Origin: Nitrososphaerota archaeon
GTDB lineage: Archaea > Thermoproteota > Nitrososphaeria_A > Caldarchaeales > Wolframiiraptoraceae
DNA: 64,000 bases
Direction of reading: 5' to 3'
NCBI GenBank assembly: GCA_021159365.1
Contig: JAGGRY010000001.1
Span: forward strand, 7,543-71,542
In this document: piece by piece, positions 38,831 through 49,128 of the stretch
How the letters are laid out: every line of letters begins with the position of its first letter
How positions within the stretch are numbered: position 1 is the first letter of the stretch
Notes under the pieces: generated by a model
What the model saw: the letters and a program-made list of their open reading frames with translations, nothing else
The model's database searches: none
What the model was told of the DNA's origin: nothing
Position numbers and translations under genes: made by a program

Positions 38831-40132
38831 ATGAATAATCGAATTCATAGAGATCTTCAATCTTCTAAGGGGCTGTTCCAATGGAAAGAGTCGGGTGCAG
38901 GGGATCCATTGGAAGAAGTATTTAAGAGAGCTCTTAGCAGGCCGAAGATCTTTAAAAATAGAGAGGTTATGAGATCCGATTATGTCCCTGAAAAACTACC
39001 GCATAGAGATGAACATATCCGGAGCCTCGGAGAAATCCTTTCACCAACCCTGAGAGGTTCAAGACCTAGTAACGTCTTCATCTATGGAAAGACTGGAACC
39101 GGAAAGACGGCGGTCGTGAAATATGTTTTCAAAAGATTCGGGGAAATCACATCCAAGGAAAAACTTCCCTTGAAATTCGAGTATATCAACTGTAGGATTG
39201 CTGGGACGGAGTATAGGGTTTTGACGGAGCTATGCGGGGCCATAGGGGTTAAAGTTCCCTTTACAGGATTATCAAAAGCTGAAGTATTTAATAGATTGAG
39301 AAGAGGTCTTAGTGAAAAAGGATACCTGCTCGTGGCCTGCTTTGATGAGATCGACGCCCTTGTAAAAAATTATGGAGATAATCTACTCTATGAGCTCACT
39401 AGAATAAATGAAGGATTCAATGGATCCGGTCTTTCGATAATAGGAGTCTCAAACGATCTCCACTTCAAAGATTATCTAGACCCAAGAGTGCTGAGCAGCC
39501 TAAGCGAGGAAGAGCTCGTCTTCCACCCATACACAGCAATCGAGTTAATAGACATCCTGAGTGAAAGAGCTTCAGAAGCATTCTATGAGGGAGCCGTTCC
39601 ACAAGAAGTGATAAACCTCTGCGCAGCCTTGGCCGCCGCAGAACATGGAGACGCTAGGAGGGCCATAGATTTATTGAGGGTTGCGGCTGAGGTCGCTGAA
39701 AGGAATGGTGATGAGAAAGTTGAGGAAAAACACGTTAGGTTAGCTCAGAACATAATTGAGCGTGGAAGAGTTTTCGAGGCGTTGTCGACCCTCCCCCTTC
39801 ACAGCAAACTGATCTTAACCTCACTGATACTTCTGAAAAGAGGCGGAGTCGGAGATCCCATCTCAGGAACAGTTTACCAAGCATACAGAGAATTATGCGG
39901 ATTAATCGGAGTCGAGCCTCTAACCAATAGAAGGGTCAGTAGCTTGATCTCGGAGCTCGATATGCTCGGAGTCTTGAAAAGTGATTTGGTGAATAGGGGA
40001 AGGTATGGGAGAACTAGGAAGATCAGTCTCTTGACACCGATCGACGAGGTTGAAGAGGTTATCAGGAGTGACGAACTCCTCTCAACTCTCCTAAATCATA
40101 AGTTAAAAATAGACTTAAAGAGAAATCGCTAA
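38831..40132 (+). CDS. cdc6: Orc1/Cdc6 replication initiator
   Basis: YVPEKLPHR, GKTGTGKT, FDEID, GDARRAIDLL, C-terminal wHTH RGRYGRT. Confidence 0.97.
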   Translation: MNNRIHRDLQSSKGLFQWKESGAGDPLEEVFKRALSRPKIFKNREVMRSDYVPEKLPHRDEHIRSLGEILSPTLRGSRPSNVFIYGKTGTGKTAVVKYVFKRFGEITSKEKLPLKFEYINCRIAGTEYRVLTELCGAIGVKVPFTGLSKAEVFNRLRRGLSEKGYLLVACFDEIDALVKNYGDNLLYELTRINEGFNGSGLSIIGVSNDLHFKDYLDPRVLSSLSEEELVFHPYTAIELIDILSERASEAFYEGAVPQEVINLCAALAAAEHGDARRAIDLLRVAAEVAERNGDEKVEEKHVRLAQNIIERGRVFEALSTLPLHSKLILTSLILLKRGGVGDPISGTVYQAYRELCGLIGVEPLTNRRVSSLISELDMLGVLKSDLVNRGRYGRTRKISLLTPIDEVEEVIRSDELLSTLLNHKLKIDLKRNR

Positions 40133-40200
40133 AACATCTTTTATATCTATTTGTTGTTCTATTGGATTGAACAAGCTGTTCTGTTCGATGATATTATCTC

Positions 40201-41124
40201 ATGCTTGGGCCACGATCTGTTGAGATGAGGTGGAATAAAGAACGCATAATAGTATTGGCTTTGATACTGCTGGTCGCATCGTTCGCGATAGGCATAATAA
40301 CGTCAACATATTTCTTTGGAACAATAGCATCTTCAAATTCGCAAAAACTCGCGAGGCTTATGGCGCCGAGGCTGGAAGTTATAAAAACTGTAACTACTAC
40401 GCCTACTGTCGCGAATTTGGCTGACTATGCGAAGGCCGAGGGAGTCCAATTCATTCCACAAGTTGAATACGTGAATAGGATGATAATTAGAACTGCAAGT
40501 ATTAATATGGAGGCAGATGATCCGGAAAAGGTCATTAATGAAATTATGTTGATCACGAATTCTCTTGGGGGATATGTGGAGTCCATGGAGATCCATAGCG
40601 ATGGAAGAGTCTCCGCCAACATAGTCGTGAGGATTCCAAAGAAGAGCTTCTTCGAGGCTTTAACGAGAATTAAGGAGCTTGGAAAAGTTTTGAGAGAAGA
40701 GGTCTCGGGAAAGGATGTAACAGAGCAGTATATCGATCTTGAGGCGAGGCTCAGAAACCTGAAAGCTGAAGAGGATTGGCTTCTGACGGCCATGGATAAG
40801 GCCAAGAATATCCAAGAATTGATGACCGTTGAACGGGAACTCTGGAGGATCCGAGGAGAGATCGAAAGAATTCAGGGACAATTAAAATATCTTGAGCGGA
40901 GAGTTGAATACTCGACTATAATGGTTTATGTCACTCAGCCTGGAAAACCTAGGCCGGGGCCATCGCCATATCCATCGTTTGATATAACTCCAGCGCTGGC
41001 CGCGGCGATCACAGCAATATATTACATCGTATATGGGTTGATTTTTCTGGTGATTGCTGGGACGCCTGTAGCGGTGTTAGTTTATGCTGGATATAGAGTT
41101 TATCGAAGACTTACGGCTAGATGA
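40201..41124 (+). CDS. DUF4349 domain membrane protein
   Basis: RMIIRTA, DVTEQYIDLEARL, RGEIERIQGQLKYL..RVEYSTI. Confidence 0.88.
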   Translation: MLGPRSVEMRWNKERIIVLALILLVASFAIGIITSTYFFGTIASSNSQKLARLMAPRLEVIKTVTTTPTVANLADYAKAEGVQFIPQVEYVNRMIIRTASINMEADDPEKVINEIMLITNSLGGYVESMEIHSDGRVSANIVVRIPKKSFFEALTRIKELGKVLREEVSGKDVTEQYIDLEARLRNLKAEEDWLLTAMDKAKNIQELMTVERELWRIRGEIERIQGQLKYLERRVEYSTIMVYVTQPGKPRPGPSPYPSFDITPALAAAITAIYYIVYGLIFLVIAGTPVAVLVYAGYRVYRRLTAR

Positions 41125-41127
41125 CGT

Positions 41128-42309
41128 TCATTGACCGGCGAAGTAGTTCTCAGCAACCTTCCTAACTTTTTCCAGATATTCTCGCTCGGTATAGATTCTT
41201 ACAATTCCATAGATCTTTGACGTGAAATCTAGGAGGGGTGAGCGATGGGCCACGACCTTAATCTCTCCACCGATCTCATCATAGAATTGAACTTGTTCCT
41301 GATCCATGTATGGTAGAGGTGGAACGTATGGCGTATCTATCCAGACATGATTTTCGGGGACTCTGGCCAGCTTCGCTAACTTCTGTTCAGTTTCTTCTAT
41401 CCCCTCTCTCTTCATCAATTCCCTTGGAAAGTCTTTTTCGCCAAACTTGAATTCGTATGCTACTTTGGGGAGATCTCTTCTCTCAATCCTCTCGATCGCC
41501 CATCGAGTTCTTTCATTCCTCTTCATCATGCACCAGAGAACATAGTCATCATAGCTCAGATATTCTCGGACATTCATTGATGAGAAGTCTAGTTCCTTAA
41601 GCATTCTAACGGCTCTGAGGAAGATCGTTTGAGCTGCTCTAACAGCGTGATGGAAGTATATGTTCATGAAGCTCTGGTATCTAGCTAAGGCCATTTCCTC
41701 AACTGCTCCAATCGCCTTCAAGCTCAACGCGAGCCTATCATCTATCACTTTGCTTCTCCAGATAATCCTCTTCGCATCCAACAATCCATAAGATGCTCCG
41801 GTGAAATACGAATCCCTCATGAGGAAGTCAAGTTTATCCGCATCCATAGGCCCGCTTATTATGGCCGACTCAGCTCCTTTACCCCTTAAAACATCTATTA
41901 CTTCATCGACGGACACACCGCACTTCTTAACTGCCTCTCGTAATTCTCGGTCATTTTCCAAGATTTTTATCGTCATCTCTTCATGAGTTGTTCCAGCTTC
42001 TTCTAATAGTGGTTCAAGTAGATGGGAATATGGAGTGTGGCCTAGGTCGTGTAGGAGTCCAGCCAATCTCAAAAGCTTCCTTCGATGCTCATCGAATCCC
42101 AATCTCTCCGCGAATTCTCCCGCCAAATACATGCATCCAAGCGAATGATCGAATCTCGTATGTCTGGCGCCTGGGTAAACTAGGTGGACGAATGGAAGCT
42201 GAATTATTCTTCTAAGCCTTTGAACCGGATATGTATCTAGGACTCTGACCTCATCCTCGCTGAGGCTTATGTAGCCGTGAACCGGATCCTTGATTAACTT
42301 TACCGCCAA
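41128..42309 (-). CDS. HD-domain phosphohydrolase (dNTP triphosphohydrolase-like)
   Basis: DPVHG, HTRFDHSLG, LLHDLGH, DADKLDFL.RD. Confidence 0.9.
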   Translation of the reverse strand: MAVKLIKDPVHGYISLSEDEVRVLDTYPVQRLRRIIQLPFVHLVYPGARHTRFDHSLGCMYLAGEFAERLGFDEHRRKLLRLAGLLHDLGHTPYSHLLEPLLEEAGTTHEEMTIKILENDRELREAVKKCGVSVDEVIDVLRGKGAESAIISGPMDADKLDFLMRDSYFTGASYGLLDAKRIIWRSKVIDDRLALSLKAIGAVEEMALARYQSFMNIYFHHAVRAAQTIFLRAVRMLKELDFSSMNVREYLSYDDYVLWCMMKRNERTRWAIERIERRDLPKVAYEFKFGEKDFPRELMKREGIEETEQKLAKLARVPENHVWIDTPYVPPLPYMDQEQVQFYDEIGGEIKVVAHRSPLLDFTSKIYGIVRIYTEREYLEKVRKVAENYFAGQ

Positions 42310-42343
42310 TCCAGCTCATATAATTCTCGCCTAAGCGATAAAT

Positions 42344-42949
42344 CTATTGCTGAAGGGCTTTCTTCTCCTCAAGAAACTTTTCAACCAAGCTTCTGACATC
42401 TTCAAAGACTTCCTCAACCCCTCTATTGGCGTCGATCACCTTGAAGCCTTCTCTCTCAGCGAGTTCGAGATACTTCTCCCTAACCTTTTTCAGGATCTCG
42501 ACCCTCTCAAATCGAGCCCTCTTTCTCTTAATTCTCCCCAAGCCTATCTCCGGATCCACGTCGAGGAGTATTACGAGATCAGGTTTTTCGGCGAACTTAT
42601 TCAATTCCTCAACCCATCTTTGATCTCCAACCGTAATCGATTGATACGCTATTGATGAATGAACATATCTATCTGAGATTATTATGAATCCTTTTTCAAG
42701 GAGCGGTCTAATGATCTTGTTAAGGTGATCGATTCGATCGGCTGCGAAAAGTAATGCCTCAACTCTGACGTCGACTTTTCTTTTTGAGGCCATCTTCTCA
42801 AGGATTCTTCCAATTGCTCCTCTAGTGGGCTCGAAGGTATAACGGGTTTGGATTCCCTTCTTCCTCAACCATCTCACAAGTTTTCTCGCATGCGTGGTCT
42901 TCCCGGCGCCATCGATTCCCTCGATCACTATGAGAAATCCTCTCTTCAT
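42344..42949 (-). CDS. tmk: Thymidylate kinase
   Basis: EGIDGAGKTT, LFAADR, SDRYVHSSIAYQ. Confidence 0.95.
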   Translation of the reverse strand: MKRGFLIVIEGIDGAGKTTHARKLVRWLRKKGIQTRYTFEPTRGAIGRILEKMASKRKVDVRVEALLFAADRIDHLNKIIRPLLEKGFIIISDRYVHSSIAYQSITVGDQRWVEELNKFAEKPDLVILLDVDPEIGLGRIKRKRARFERVEILKKVREKYLELAEREGFKVIDANRGVEEVFEDVRSLVEKFLEEKKALQQ

Positions 42950-43078
42950 GAGCGGATCACCGAGTAATCACGTGGCAAACATAATGAGGTTTTCCCTTAA
43001 AAAGATGAAGAATGTGACCCGTCTGTTCACAGGTTCTAAGCTACTTTAAAATTCCAGCTTAGCAGGCATTCAATCAGC

Positions 43079-43729
43079 ATGAATAATAGGTTGAGTCTAT
43101 GGATCTCGGGGGTGGCGCTTCTCTCAGCATCCACCATACTATTGGCCTTAATACATCTAAAGATACCGTTTCCCCCTCTTCCATTTCTCACTTTCCGCTT
43201 CGATGAGATTCCATGCGTGATCGCCTTCCTAATTTTCGGATTCAAAGCAGGCTTAACAGTCGCCTTCATCGAGTTCCTCATCCTGAATCTCGGCAAACCA
43301 TATCACGTATTGATCGGTCCCTTGATGAAGTTTTTAGCGATAGTCTCCATGCTCATTGGATTCGTGGTCGCGGATAAGTTGTGGAAGCTCAAGTTTAAGG
43401 AGTTTAAGAGGTTTGGCATAACAGTCTTCTTATTTATGGGGATTATCTTCAGAGTCTCCGTGATGGCGTTCTCCACCTTCATCCTCTACTACATACTCTT
43501 TCCAAAACTATATCTTCCATTCGCCAAAGGTCTTCTATCAAGGGTTATGGGGTTAAGTTTTTCATCAGATCTCGAACTTGTTTCGATACTGCTCTTACTC
43601 ACATCATTGTTTAACGCGCTTCACGTCTTCTTCTCTCTCATACCTGCGACCATAGTCCATAAGATATATGTAAGGTCTTTGAGGAAATCCAGTGTTCAAC
43701 CTAAGGTTGGTGGCTCTAAAGAATCTTAG
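43079..43729 (+). CDS. ECF transporter S component (RibU-like)
   Basis: FPPLPFLTFRFDEIP; about 6 TM segments; LFNAL. Confidence 0.7.
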   Translation: MNNRLSLWISGVALLSASTILLALIHLKIPFPPLPFLTFRFDEIPCVIAFLIFGFKAGLTVAFIEFLILNLGKPYHVLIGPLMKFLAIVSMLIGFVVADKLWKLKFKEFKRFGITVFLFMGIIFRVSVMAFSTFILYYILFPKLYLPFAKGLLSRVMGLSFSSDLELVSILLLLTSLFNALHVFFSLIPATIVHKIYVRSLRKSSVQPKVGGSKES

Positions 43730-43751
43730 TCCTCATGTCAGAGGGCTTCAT

Positions 43752-44978
43752 TCAAGTTCTCTTGAGGATCTCGACCCCGGGCAACTTTTCTCCGGATAAG
43801 TAGTGGATTAGTGCTCCTCCCGCGAGGCTTACATAGGAGAAGTCTTCTGGACTTAATCCGACGAGCCTTATCGCCGTTGAAGAGTCTCCTCCACCGATTA
43901 AGGTGAACGCCTTAGACCTGGCTAAAGCCCTGTAAATCATATATGTTCCACGTCTAAAGATCTCCTTCTCATAGGCTCCAGCAGGTCCTTTAACTATTAT
44001 TGCATCTTCTCTGCTCGCAGACAATATTAATTCACTGTATTTGTTCGCGGTCTCTCCGCCTATATCCATTATCTCGGATGGAGCTGGAAGCATCTTAACG
44101 CTAATCTCAAATCTATTTCCATCGAGTTCACATGCCACATCTATCGGTCTGTGAAGTCTCTCTCCAAGTCTTTCTTTAAGCTCCTTAATCTTCGGAAGGA
44201 ATTCTTCAAATTTTTTCTTCCTGATGTAATTTAGGCTAGGTTCTCCAAGATCATATCCCTCGGCCATTAAGAATAGTTGTCCCAAGATTCCAGCCGAAAG
44301 TAGCAGCTTGATCTCAGGTCTACCCCTATTGAGGATAGAGTCTATGACGCTTATACAGTCCTTGGGCTTGTTTCCGCCCATGAATAGGATGACCCGATCT
44401 CTTTCCTCAAGGATCTCTGTTAAGGCCTTAAGCTCCCTCTCCATAACTCTCCCGGCAACGGTTGGTAAGACCGCTGCGAAACCGACTATAGATGCGTGAG
44501 GTCTATGGGCAACTGAGAAAGCGTCCTGAACAAATAGATCGGCGTATTTTGAGAGCTTTGAGATTAACTCTCCCTTAGCATGCTCCTCTGGGCTCGCCTT
44601 GACGGTCTCCTCATCCAGGAATCGAACATTCTCAAGCAATAGTATCTCTCCGGGCTTGAGGCTCTTGATCGCTTCCTCCGCCTCGGCTCCTAGGATGTCT
44701 GGGACGTATTTAACGGGCTTCCCAACATGCTTTGATAAAAGCTCTGCATGTTGTTTTAATGGTAGGAAGTCCGGCTGCCCCTTCCTTCCTTGATGGGCCA
44801 AGACTATGACTTTCGCGCCCTTATCTGAAAGCTCTCTAAGCGTTTCAGCGTGAGCCCTAAGCCTCTCATTATCTTGGATCTTCTTCGTCTCAGGATCGAC
44901 AGGCGAATTTAGATCCACTCGGACTATGACCGCTTTACCCCTCACATCGACATCATCAAGTGTCTTGAAGAAGCTCAT
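43752..44978 (-). CDS. pgk: Phosphoglycerate kinase
   Basis: RVDLNSP, LAHQGR, LLENVRF, DAFSVAHR, GGGDS. Confidence 0.96.
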   Translation of the reverse strand: MSFFKTLDDVDVRGKAVIVRVDLNSPVDPETKKIQDNERLRAHAETLRELSDKGAKVIVLAHQGRKGQPDFLPLKQHAELLSKHVGKPVKYVPDILGAEAEEAIKSLKPGEILLLENVRFLDEETVKASPEEHAKGELISKLSKYADLFVQDAFSVAHRPHASIVGFAAVLPTVAGRVMERELKALTEILEERDRVILFMGGNKPKDCISVIDSILNRGRPEIKLLLSAGILGQLFLMAEGYDLGEPSLNYIRKKKFEEFLPKIKELKERLGERLHRPIDVACELDGNRFEISVKMLPAPSEIMDIGGETANKYSELILSASREDAIIVKGPAGAYEKEIFRRGTYMIYRALARSKAFTLIGGGDSSTAIRLVGLSPEDFSYVSLAGGALIHYLSGEKLPGVEILKRT

Positions 44979-45065
44979 AACATAAACACCTCTAATGAAT
45001 TGCTTAACAGCCTTCTAATAGATTTATTTTCAAGCTGCCTAAACTAATATTATTGAGTTGCGTGG

Positions 45066-45863
45066 TTGATCGAGATGATTCCGCCTGAATTAAATTATGA
45101 TGAAGTCGCTGAGAAGCTGATCAAATTCATTCAAGGAAGAGTTGAAGAAGCCGGCGCAAATGGAGTCGTTGTAGGAGCGAGTGGCGGACTGGATTCCTCC
45201 GTTGTCTTAGTCCTCTCGGTTAGAGCTTTGGGAGCCGGAAATGTCGTGGCCCTGATAATGCCCGACCCATCCATAACGCCGCTTCAAGACATCGAGCACG
45301 CCGTCCAGCTGGCTAAGCTGCTTGGAGTAAGATATTATGTGATAGATATCCGGAGGATCTATAATTCATATTCAGACGCAATGCCATTCTACGCGTCTGA
45401 TGCGTTGATTCCAAACGGGAATTTGAGGGCGAGGATAAGGATGACGATCTTGTATTATTATGCGAATCTTAAGAACTTACTTGTGTGTGGGACAGGAGAT
45501 AAAAGTGAGATACTCTTAGGATACTTCACGAAGTATGGTGATGGAGCTGCAGACCTGCTCCCAATAGCAGATCTCTACAAGACCCAGGTTAGAGGGCTTG
45601 CGAGGAAACTAGATCTTCCAAAGAGTATAGTTGAGAAGCCGAGTAGCCCCAGGTTATGGCCTGGTCAAATGGCCGAGAAGGAACTTGGAGCAACATACGA
45701 TGAAATAGATCAGATACTCTATCTTTACGTCGAGCTCGGGAAGAAGGTCGATGAGATAATCGATCAAACGGGCATAGAATCTGAAAAGGTTAGGTCTATT
45801 GTAGAAAGGTTTCATAAAAGTGAACATAAACGGAGGCTTCCACCAATAGCGAAGATTAGGTGA
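45066..45863 (+). CDS. nadE: NH3-dependent NAD+ synthetase
   Basis: SGGLDS, NLRARIRM, GYFTKYGDG, SEHKR. Confidence 0.96.
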   Translation: MIEMIPPELNYDEVAEKLIKFIQGRVEEAGANGVVVGASGGLDSSVVLVLSVRALGAGNVVALIMPDPSITPLQDIEHAVQLAKLLGVRYYVIDIRRIYNSYSDAMPFYASDALIPNGNLRARIRMTILYYYANLKNLLVCGTGDKSEILLGYFTKYGDGAADLLPIADLYKTQVRGLARKLDLPKSIVEKPSSPRLWPGQMAEKELGATYDEIDQILYLYVELGKKVDEIIDQTGIESEKVRSIVERFHKSEHKRRLPPIAKIR

Positions 45864-45873
45864 TTTAGAGAAA

Positions 45874-46428
45874 TTGCTTGAGTTCATGAGTTTAATCGCT
45901 ACAATAGCTTTGGCCGAGGTCGGGGATAAAACTCAGATCTCGATTCTTTTGCTATCTACTCAGACCCGGAGGCCGATAAAACTTCTATTAGGCGTCTTCG
46001 CGGCGTTTCTGGTCGTCGACGGCGTTGCGGTAGTGTTTGGATCTATGATGAAGCAAATTCTACCAGCGTATATCTTGCGAATATTCGGATCGCTTATGTT
46101 CATGATTCTCGGAATATTCATTCTCATTGGGTGGAGATCAAGGGAGCAGACAAATATTGAGAGAATATTCAAGAATTCGTTTACGGTGGGATTCTCAGCG
46201 ACATTTCTTGCAGAATGGTGCGATAAGACTCAAATATCCACATGTGTTCTCGCGACGAGATTTAATTATCTAGAGGTTTTCGCGGCGGCCATGACCGCAT
46301 TAATCATGATATCCATATCAACCATGATTCTGGGGAGAATGATGCTGAAGAGGATCAGCGAAGAGAAAATGTTAAAGATATCTGGAGTGGGCTTCTTACT
46401 AGTTGGAATATTATTCCTCCTGCTTTGA
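45874..46428 (+). CDS. TMEM165/GDT1 (UPF0016) cation exchanger
   Basis: Two repeats: LAEVGDKTQ and LAEWCDKTQ. Confidence 0.92.
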   Translation: MLEFMSLIATIALAEVGDKTQISILLLSTQTRRPIKLLLGVFAAFLVVDGVAVVFGSMMKQILPAYILRIFGSLMFMILGIFILIGWRSREQTNIERIFKNSFTVGFSATFLAEWCDKTQISTCVLATRFNYLEVFAAAMTALIMISISTMILGRMMLKRISEEKMLKISGVGFLLVGILFLLL

Positions 46429-48342
46429 TTATCTCGATCTCCAGATCTCCTCAGCTACATCATTTAAGCCTAGCTCTATCAGCTTTTCCTTCTTTGGGAT
46501 GCCTGTTTCTCGATCCCAACCCATGACGTCGTAGAATTCATCGAGCATTCCATCTAGATTTTCAACTCTAACTCCTTTCGTCGGCCCAGACGCGATAGGC
46601 TCCATTACTCTCTTCGGCAATCTATCGCTCCTTCTATCGACTCCCTCTCTCACGTTAAAGCATCTCTTCAGGTTATAGACTCTTTCAGAGATTCTAAGCA
46701 AGTCTTGAGGCTTTAGATCAAATCCTGTCAACGTCGTTGTCAACTTAGATAGCCTATCTAGGTTCAAGCTCTCCTCCTCGGCTGCTTGAAGTGGAAATCT
46801 GCATACTCCGAGGATTCCCGCTAGCTCCCCGAAGAATACCAAAAGTTTGTAGCCTTCTCCGCGTCTAACCCCTGTTTCCTCGAATCTGCTTGGAGGAGGC
46901 CATGGAAGTCCATATTTTCTAAGCCCCATATCGACTTTAGAGAAATCCCACATAGGTGCCCAAATAGGTTCGATGTGGCATGCTCCTCTCGGATTTCCGA
47001 CAGCGTATTGAATTGCCAGAGACTTTGTCGTTCCACGGGCGTCGTGGGCAGGGATCTCCAAACCCTTTCCATGACATGCGAATTCTTCGGATCCCTTACC
47101 GAGTTTTTCCGACGCCCTCTTAACTCCCTCGGCCAATAATCTTCCTATGCCCTCCTTATTCACGATCTTCTCGATGAGCGTTAGAGTCACTTCTGGATCA
47201 CCCCATCTCAACTTCATTCCATTCGTGTCCCTCTCGCTGATGATTCCTCTTTCATATGCTTCGATGGCGAATGCTATCACATTTCCAGCTGAAATTGTGT
47301 CGAGGCCATAGATATTGCAGAGATATCCTGCTTTGATGATTGCTTCGAGATTTCCTATCATGGATTGAACTCCGAGCATGTCAACAGTCTCATATTCCGC
47401 GCCCTCATGAGGAGGTGTTTGATATTCTCCGGCTGGAACTTGAATATATCTTCCACAGCCTATTGGACATCCGAAACAAGATCTTTTCTTAATCAAATAT
47501 TTCTCCGAAAGCGTTTGACCAGAGACTTTCTCGGCTTCCTCAAAATAACATGTCTTGAAGTTTCTCGTTGGAAGGGCTCCAGACTCATTTAGGTTCACGA
47601 GTCCGCCGAGAGTTCCATGTTTTCCCATGCCTTTAGTTGCTCTGATCTTTACGGCGTTTATGGCCTCTAAAGCCGCCTCGAAAAATTCATCCGGTTTGGC
47701 GGCAGAGATCTCTCCATGTCCATCGACCACGATGGCCTTCAACTTCTTCGCTCCCATAACGGTTCCCCCACCGCATCTCCCAGCCGCTCTATCATAGTCT
47801 ACCATTATCGAAGCGAATCTAACTTGATTTTCACCTGCTTGACCTATGCACGCAACGGATGCGTCGGGTTCATCTAGATCTCTTAGGAGTATGTCTGTTG
47901 TTTCATGGACATTCTTTCCCCATAGGTGTGATGCATCTCTAAGCTCAGCAGACCTATCTCTAATGTAGAGATAGACTGGTTTCTCAGATCTCCCTCTTAC
48001 TATTATGAAATCATATCCGGCGAATTTCAGCTTCGGTCCAAAAGTTCCCCCGGCTCTCGTCTCGCCGAAGATCCCCGTTAGAGGAGACTTAAAGCAGAAC
48101 TCGACGCTTCCAGAAGATGGGCATAAGGTTCCAGTTAATGGCCCTGTAGCGGCTATCAAGAGGTTTTCGGGGCTTAGAGGATCTATCCTAGCCTCAAGCA
48201 TATCCCATAGGATTCTCGCTGCATATCCAGTTCCACCTAGATATAGCTTGACTAGATCTCGGTCTAGGTCTTTTCCCCGAACCTCCATTCTACTTAGATC
48301 GACCCATAAAATCTTTCCAGCATAGCCGTGAAGAACCATCAT
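46429..48342 (-). CDS. Aldehyde:ferredoxin oxidoreductase family (tungstopterin) enzyme
   Basis: GYAGKIL.VDLS, KSPLTG, AAGRCG, CFGCPIGC, EYET, GLDTIS, RGACH; ATGA overlap with the upstream gene. Confidence 0.93.
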   Translation of the reverse strand: MMVLHGYAGKILWVDLSRMEVRGKDLDRDLVKLYLGGTGYAARILWDMLEARIDPLSPENLLIAATGPLTGTLCPSSGSVEFCFKSPLTGIFGETRAGGTFGPKLKFAGYDFIIVRGRSEKPVYLYIRDRSAELRDASHLWGKNVHETTDILLRDLDEPDASVACIGQAGENQVRFASIMVDYDRAAGRCGGGTVMGAKKLKAIVVDGHGEISAAKPDEFFEAALEAINAVKIRATKGMGKHGTLGGLVNLNESGALPTRNFKTCYFEEAEKVSGQTLSEKYLIKKRSCFGCPIGCGRYIQVPAGEYQTPPHEGAEYETVDMLGVQSMIGNLEAIIKAGYLCNIYGLDTISAGNVIAFAIEAYERGIISERDTNGMKLRWGDPEVTLTLIEKIVNKEGIGRLLAEGVKRASEKLGKGSEEFACHGKGLEIPAHDARGTTKSLAIQYAVGNPRGACHIEPIWAPMWDFSKVDMGLRKYGLPWPPPSRFEETGVRRGEGYKLLVFFGELAGILGVCRFPLQAAEEESLNLDRLSKLTTTLTGFDLKPQDLLRISERVYNLKRCFNVREGVDRRSDRLPKRVMEPIASGPTKGVRVENLDGMLDEFYDVMGWDRETGIPKKEKLIELGLNDVAEEIWRSR

Positions 48343-48806
48343 TTCACCACCGTTTGAAGCCTTGAAAAGTTGATCCTCTTGTATTTCGCGGCTAGGTCGA
48401 CGTCTAAATATTTGAGCGCGTCTACGGGGCAAGCCTTAACGCATGCAGGATCTCCTCCGCAGAGGTCGCAGATTAAGGCCTTCCTCGTGACCGGGTCGAG
48501 GGATACAGCACCATAAGGACATACGTGAACGCAGTTTCCACAACCGATACATTTCTCTTCTTGAACCGTTATCGCACCGGTCTTCGGATCTCTCTTGATG
48601 GCATTTACTGGACAAGAAGTTATGCATAATCCGCATTGAAGGCAGAAGATCGGTGCGTCAACGGGTTGATGATGCAATCTGACTACATGGATCCTTGACC
48701 TCTCGATGCTCATTACTCCATAATGTTTCTGCGAACAGGCAAGTTCGCAGAGATGACAGCCCATACATCTATCTGGAATCACGACCAACGATTTGATCAT
48801 CGACAA
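48339..48806 (-). CDS. 4Fe-4S dicluster protein (AOR partner subunit)
   Basis: CMGCHLCELAC, CLQC..C..SCP, CIGCGNCVHVCP, CDLCGGDPAC. Confidence 0.92.
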   Translation of the reverse strand: MSMIKSLVVIPDRCMGCHLCELACSQKHYGVMSIERSRIHVVRLHHQPVDAPIFCLQCGLCITSCPVNAIKRDPKTGAITVQEEKCIGCGNCVHVCPYGAVSLDPVTRKALICDLCGGDPACVKACPVDALKYLDVDLAAKYKRINFSRLQTVVK

Positions 48807-48988
48807 AATCGGTTCACATACGATATTATTTTAATTTTAAAACTTGGATCGGCGCTCAGCATGACCAATTCACACGTTCACCCATCTTCTCAAGATTAGG
48901 ATAGATCTCGATTTTCAGTAGTAAATTTAAAGTTGGAGCGAACAGCCTCCGAAAGTTCCTGAAACATGTTAATAATAGTTGGTTATGA

Positions 48989-49077
48989 TGCGGCCGCCGG
49001 GATTTGAACCCGGGATCGCTGGCTTTCTCCGCTGAAACTCGGAAGGCCAGCGTCCTTCCAGGCTAGACGACGGCCGC
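48989..49077 (-). tRNA. tRNA-Gly(TCC) with 15-nt intron at 37/38 (intron 49025-49039)
   Basis: GCGGCCG acceptor; CTGGC/GCCAG stem; CT-TCC-G; BHB helix CTTC/GGAG with 3-nt bulges. Confidence 0.95.
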
Positions 49078-49128
49078 CCATTTTAGAGTTGTGATTTTTG
49101 GTTATTTGAGGTTTTTGCTAGGATATTG

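Noticed and set aside
40169-40181. GAACA-AGC-TGTTC inverted repeat upstream of the DUF4349 gene
   Set aside because: Too short to distinguish from chance.
42950-43078. Possible riboswitch or operator upstream of the ECF S component (TGTGAC...TTCACA)
   Set aside because: No FMN/TPP consensus; the palindrome is weak.
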